This document shows, in pieces, positions 60,919 to 64,000 of a DNA stretch of 64,000 bases; position 1 is the first letter of the stretch, and each line of letters opens with the position of its first letter. The stretch is from assembly GCA_963669295.1 (NCBI GenBank), contig OY769938.1, forward strand, positions 722,792 to 786,791. Reading direction: 5' to 3'. This DNA is from Flavobacteriales bacterium (GTDB lineage Bacteria; Bacteroidota; Bacteroidia; Flavobacteriales_D; CALLUQ01). The notes beneath the pieces were generated by a model that saw only the letters and a list, made by a program, of their open reading frames with translations, made no database searches and was not told the origin of the DNA. A program made the translations under genes and the position numbers.

Positions 60919-61455
60919 TTAGTCTGTGATCTTATAAATTTCGTTAAGGTTTCGCCCCAAACCGTCATAATCCAGTCCATACCCCACCACAAATTCGTTG
61001 GGGATTTCAAAAGCCACATAATCAATGGCAAAATCTTTTTGAAACGCTTCCGGCTTATACAACAAGGTAGCTACCTTCACCTGTTTGGGCGATTGCGATT
61101 GCAATGTTTGTAAAATGCTGTCCATGGTAATGCCTGTATCAACAATGTCTTCCAACACTACCACGGTGCGTCCTTGAATGTCGTCTTGTAACCCTACCAA
61201 CTCTTTCACCGTGCCGGTGGTGGTGGTTCCCTCGTATGAAGCCACTTTCACAAAAGAAATTTCACAGTCGATATTGATGCATTTCAGCAGGTCTGCTGCA
61301 AACAAGAAGGCACCGTTGAGCACCCCCACAAACAATGGGCGTTCTCCTTGTAAGTCTTCATTAATCTGCGCGGCAATCCTTTCAACAGCCTGTTGGATTT
61401 CAGTGGCGTTGAGGTAGGTTTCAAAGTGTTTATCGTGAATTTGTACCCTACTCAT
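60919..61455 (-). CDS. hpt: hypoxanthine phosphoribosyltransferase
   Basis: PRPP-binding motif VVVLEDIVDTGITM; C-terminal FVVGYGLDY. Confidence 0.9.
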   Translation of the reverse strand: MSRVQIHDKHFETYLNATEIQQAVERIAAQINEDLQGERPLFVGVLNGAFLFAADLLKCINIDCEISFVKVASYEGTTTTGTVKELVGLQDDIQGRTVVVLEDIVDTGITMDSILQTLQSQSPKQVKVATLLYKPEAFQKDFAIDYVAFEIPNEFVVGYGLDYDGLGRNLNEIYKITD

Positions 61456-61576
61456 TCCCTTCTTTTAAAAGCGAAATACGAAAGTAATAATAATTCACTC
61501 CTTTCCCATAACATTATGTGATTTATTCGTTGAAAAGAAAACAGAACAGAGTGACCTTATTTTTAGAAATTTCAAT

Positions 61577-61584
61577 TATTTTTG
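61577..61584 (+). promoter_or_regulatory. Bacteroidota-type -7 promoter box
   Basis: TATTTTTG matches TAnnTTTG and lies 22 nt upstream of the purE ATG. Confidence 0.4.
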
Positions 61585-61606
61585 CCCACCAAAACAACAA
61601 CGTCTT

Positions 61607-62119
61607 ATGAACCCACGAGTAAGCATCATTATGGGCAGCACTTCAGACATGCCCGTTATGCAACAAGCAGCAAAAATCTTAGATGAATTTGAAATTCCCT
61701 TTGAGATCAACGCCCTTTCAGCGCACCGTACCCCTCAATTGGTGGAAGAATACGCCAGTAAAGCCTACGACCGTGGCATCCGTGTAGTGATTGCCGGTGC
61801 AGGTGGAGCGGCTCACCTTCCAGGAGTAATGGCAGCCTTCTTTGCAGGTCCTGTTATTGGTGTACCATGTCGCTCATCCATCTCTATCGATGGTTGGGAT
61901 TCTGTATTGTCTATCCTTCAAATGCCTCCCGGTATTCCGGTAGCTACCGTAGGATTAGATGGCGCAAGAAACGCTGGCATCTTAGCCGCACAAATCTTAG
62001 GTGCAGGCGACGAAGCTTTACAAGCGAAGGTAGTGGCATTCAAAGAAAATTTGAAGTCTAAAATTGCCAAAGCCAACGAAGACTTGAAGGAATATAAATT
62101 CAACTACCGGGTGAACTAA
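61607..62119 (+). CDS. purE: 5-(carboxyamino)imidazole ribonucleotide mutase
   Basis: VSIIMGSTSD, SAHRTP and AGGAAHLPGV are characteristic PurE motifs. Confidence 0.95.
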   Translation: MNPRVSIIMGSTSDMPVMQQAAKILDEFEIPFEINALSAHRTPQLVEEYASKAYDRGIRVVIAGAGGAAHLPGVMAAFFAGPVIGVPCRSSISIDGWDSVLSILQMPPGIPVATVGLDGARNAGILAAQILGAGDEALQAKVVAFKENLKSKIAKANEDLKEYKFNYRVN

Positions 62120-62141
62120 TTTGTTTCCCGAACAAGCATTC

Positions 62142-62172
62142 AAAGCCCTGCCGCACAGCAGGGCTTTTTTTA
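62142..62172 (+). terminator. Rho-independent terminator after purE
   Basis: Stem AGCCCTGC / GCAGGGCT with a 6-nt loop, followed by a T7 run. Confidence 0.7.
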
Positions 62173-62321
62173 TTTTCAATGCCAGGATCACCGCCTCAAA
62201 GGCCCTAAACACATCCATCAATCAACACAACGGTGACTATTTCTTTCACTCCTTCTTTTCAAGGGAAAAGCGCTTTCTGTTTTCAAATAAAAGCAGTATT
62301 TTGGAGACAAATTATTGCTAC

Positions 62322-63136
62322 ATGAAATACAAGCTACTGCTTGTTGTCTTGCTGCTTTCCTCATCTCTATTTGCCAGCAACGACAATTATCCTATGGGCG
62401 GACGGTCTGCCGGTATTGGTCATGCCTCTGTGACCTTGTCTGATGTGTGGTCGACCCACCACAACCAGGCCGGGCTTGCCTACCTCGAAAACATATCGGC
62501 AGGGGTATTCTATGAAAATCGATTTCTGCTCAAAGAATTGGGCGTGCAAGGAGGGGTATTGGCCCTCCCCACAAAAGGAGGCACCTTTGGCATTAGCATG
62601 AGTTCTTTTGGCTACAGCCTTATAACGAAGGCAAGTACGGACTGGCCTACGGGCGTAAGCTAAGCGATAAAGTAGCCGCAGGCGTTCAATTGAATTACCT
62701 CACTACACGCATTGGCGAAAACTATGGCAATACCAGTGCCTTAGCAGTAGAAGCAGGGCTACAAGCACAGCTCAGCAAAGAACTTTCTATTGGAGCGCAC
62801 ATCTACAACCCCAACCGTGCTAAAGTGGCAGCATTTAACGACGAGCGCATCCCCACCATCATGCGTATCGGACTCAACTACACCTTTTCAGAAAAAGTAT
62901 TTGTGGTGGCCGAAACACAAAAAGACATCGACTACCCTGCCAATTTTAAAGCAGGGGTAGAATACCGTGTGGTAGAAGTATTGTACCTCCGCGCTGGTGT
63001 TTCTACCGGACCGGTACTCAACACCTTTGGGTTTGGACTCAACCTCAAGCAATTTCGCCTCGACATTGCCTCCTCTTATCACTCTGTACTCGGCTATTCA
63101 CCCCACGTATCGTTGACCTACAACGTGAGTAAATGA
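62322..63136 (+). pseudogene. outer-membrane beta-barrel protein gene (PorV/PorQ-like?) interrupted by a 1-nt frameshift
   Basis: ORF 62322..62663 (signal peptide, GGRSAGIGHASVTLSDVWSTHHNQAGLAYL) continues in the -1 frame from 62621 (YNEGKYGLAYGRKLSDKVAAGVQLNYLTTR...) into ORF 62690..63136. The junction CTTAT would read L-Y if it were CTTTAT. Confidence 0.55.
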
Positions 63137-64000
63137 TGCGTTGGTGCTCCATACTGCTTTTATTAATGCCGCTCTATGCTATCGGGCAGGAACGCAACGA
63201 TTCCGACCCACAAAAAACGTATATCATTGAGCAACGCATTGAGATTATTGCCGAATTGCTGGAAGAAGAAGACATTGACTTTACCACCCTGTTCGACGAC
63301 CTGAGCTACTTTTACGAGCACCCCATCAACCTTAACGGAAAAGTGCAGGAAGACCTGGAACAACTGCTGTTGCTTACCGACTTACAAATCAACAACCTGT
63401 TGAGCCATGTAGAAAAAAATGGCCGACTGCTTACCATCTATGAGCTGCAAGCCATTGATGGGTATGACCTTGCTACCATTCGCAACATCCTGCCCTTTGT
63501 AAAAGTGAGTAGCGACATCGATAGTCCGCACATCACCTTTAAAGAGATGATGAAAAACGGCAAGAACGAATTGTTTATCCGCTACTCCAGGGTACTGGAG
63601 GAACAAGAAGGATTTGCTCCCTTGTGTGAAGATGGCACTTGCAATGAAGACTCTATTCTGGCTGCCAGTCCTAACAAACGTTACCTGGGCGACCCCACAC
63701 GGTTGTACACCCGCTACCGTTTTAAGTACCGCAACAATGTAAGTTGGGGCATTACTGCCGACAAAGATGCTGGCGAAGAACTGTTTACCGGCTCCCAACC
63801 CAACGGCTTCGACTTTTACTCGGCCCACCTTTTTCTCAAAGGGTTTGGAAAGGTAAAAGCACTGGCCATTGGCGATTACCACGCTCAATTTGGTCAGGGA
63901 CTGACCTTTTGGAGCGGCCTTGGGTTTGGTAAATCGTCGTATGTAATGACAGTCAAGAAAAATGCCATTGGACTACGCCCATACACAGCTTCGGATGAAA
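63133..64000 (+). CDS. helix-hairpin-helix (ComEA-like) domain protein, 3-prime end outside the window
   Basis: The frame is open from ATGATG at 63133 to the window end, and it is missing from the ORF track because it has no stop. Signal peptide MMRWCSILLLLMPLYAIGQ. HhH-like LLLLTDLQINNLLSHVEKNGRLLTIYELQAIDGYDLATIRNILPFV. The ATG overlaps the upstream stop (ATGA). Confidence 0.6.
   Translation, partial: MMRWCSILLLLMPLYAIGQERNDSDPQKTYIIEQRIEIIAELLEEEDIDFTTLFDDLSYFYEHPINLNGKVQEDLEQLLLLTDLQINNLLSHVEKNGRLLTIYELQAIDGYDLATIRNILPFVKVSSDIDSPHITFKEMMKNGKNELFIRYSRVLEEQEGFAPLCEDGTCNEDSILAASPNKRYLGDPTRLYTRYRFKYRNNVSWGITADKDAGEELFTGSQPNGFDFYSAHLFLKGFGKVKALAIGDYHAQFGQGLTFWSGLGFGKSSYVMTVKKNAIGLRPYTASDE

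Noticed and set aside
61456-61606. Purine riboswitch upstream of purE
   Set aside because: I could not find the conserved purine-aptamer junction sequences or a three-way-junction pairing pattern in this 150-bp leader. Only a -7 promoter box was seen.
62121-62321. Upstream extension of the OMP ORF starting at 62121
   Set aside because: It would run through the purE terminator hairpin and T-run. A signal peptide begins at the internal ATG 62322.
1-64000. tRNA, rRNA, tmRNA or other canonical RNA genes in intergenic gaps longer than 150 bp
   Set aside because: Visual inspection of the larger gaps (18026..18196, 29942..30098, 33193..33367, 41063..41572, 45575..45918, 52920..53170) showed no cloverleaf-like or rRNA-like sequence. 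A covariance-model scan would be needed to be certain.

Overview
The window looks like a chromosomal segment of a Bacteroidota-type genome. Supporting signs are T9SS C-terminal sorting domains, TAnnTTTG -7 promoter boxes, a PafA-like phosphatase, a CarboxypepD_reg/DUF5686-like protein and the hpt-adk-obg cluster. I call about 55 protein-coding genes. I recognised no rRNA, tRNA, CRISPR array or intact mobile element. The housekeeping and metabolic blocks are: SCO1 plus an ABC-F ATPase; a MarR-regulated beta-oxidation operon (3-hydroxyacyl-CoA dehydrogenase/enoyl-CoA hydratase, thiolase, acyl-CoA dehydrogenase); an M16 and an S8 peptidase; threonine aldolase; yciH; and hpt-adk-obg-PAP2-crcB with a divergent purE. 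Many genes encode lineage-specific secreted or outer-membrane proteins. Observations worth a second look: (1) 22 strictly phased 22-bp direct repeats (43408..43891) between two convergent genes. They are not coding, not CRISPR and not a promoter. (2) A translationally coupled four-gene minus-strand cluster at 49158..52919: a caspase-like C14 protease, a 147-aa unknown protein, a TPR sensor histidine kinase and a LuxR response regulator. (3) A small Lys-rich/acidic protein coupled to a 207-aa protein with a TIR/nucleoside-deoxyribosyltransferase-like N-terminal pattern (54324..55105). (4) A small AT-rich accessory islet with a ParE/RelE toxin-antitoxin pair and an IS3 transposase relic (39.8-41.6 kb). 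(5) A perfect 24-bp palindrome overlapping the MarR promoter. (6) A domain of about 145 aa present three times across two adjacent genes. (7) A frameshifted outer-membrane protein gene. All family assignments come from motif reading by eye, and no database search was run.
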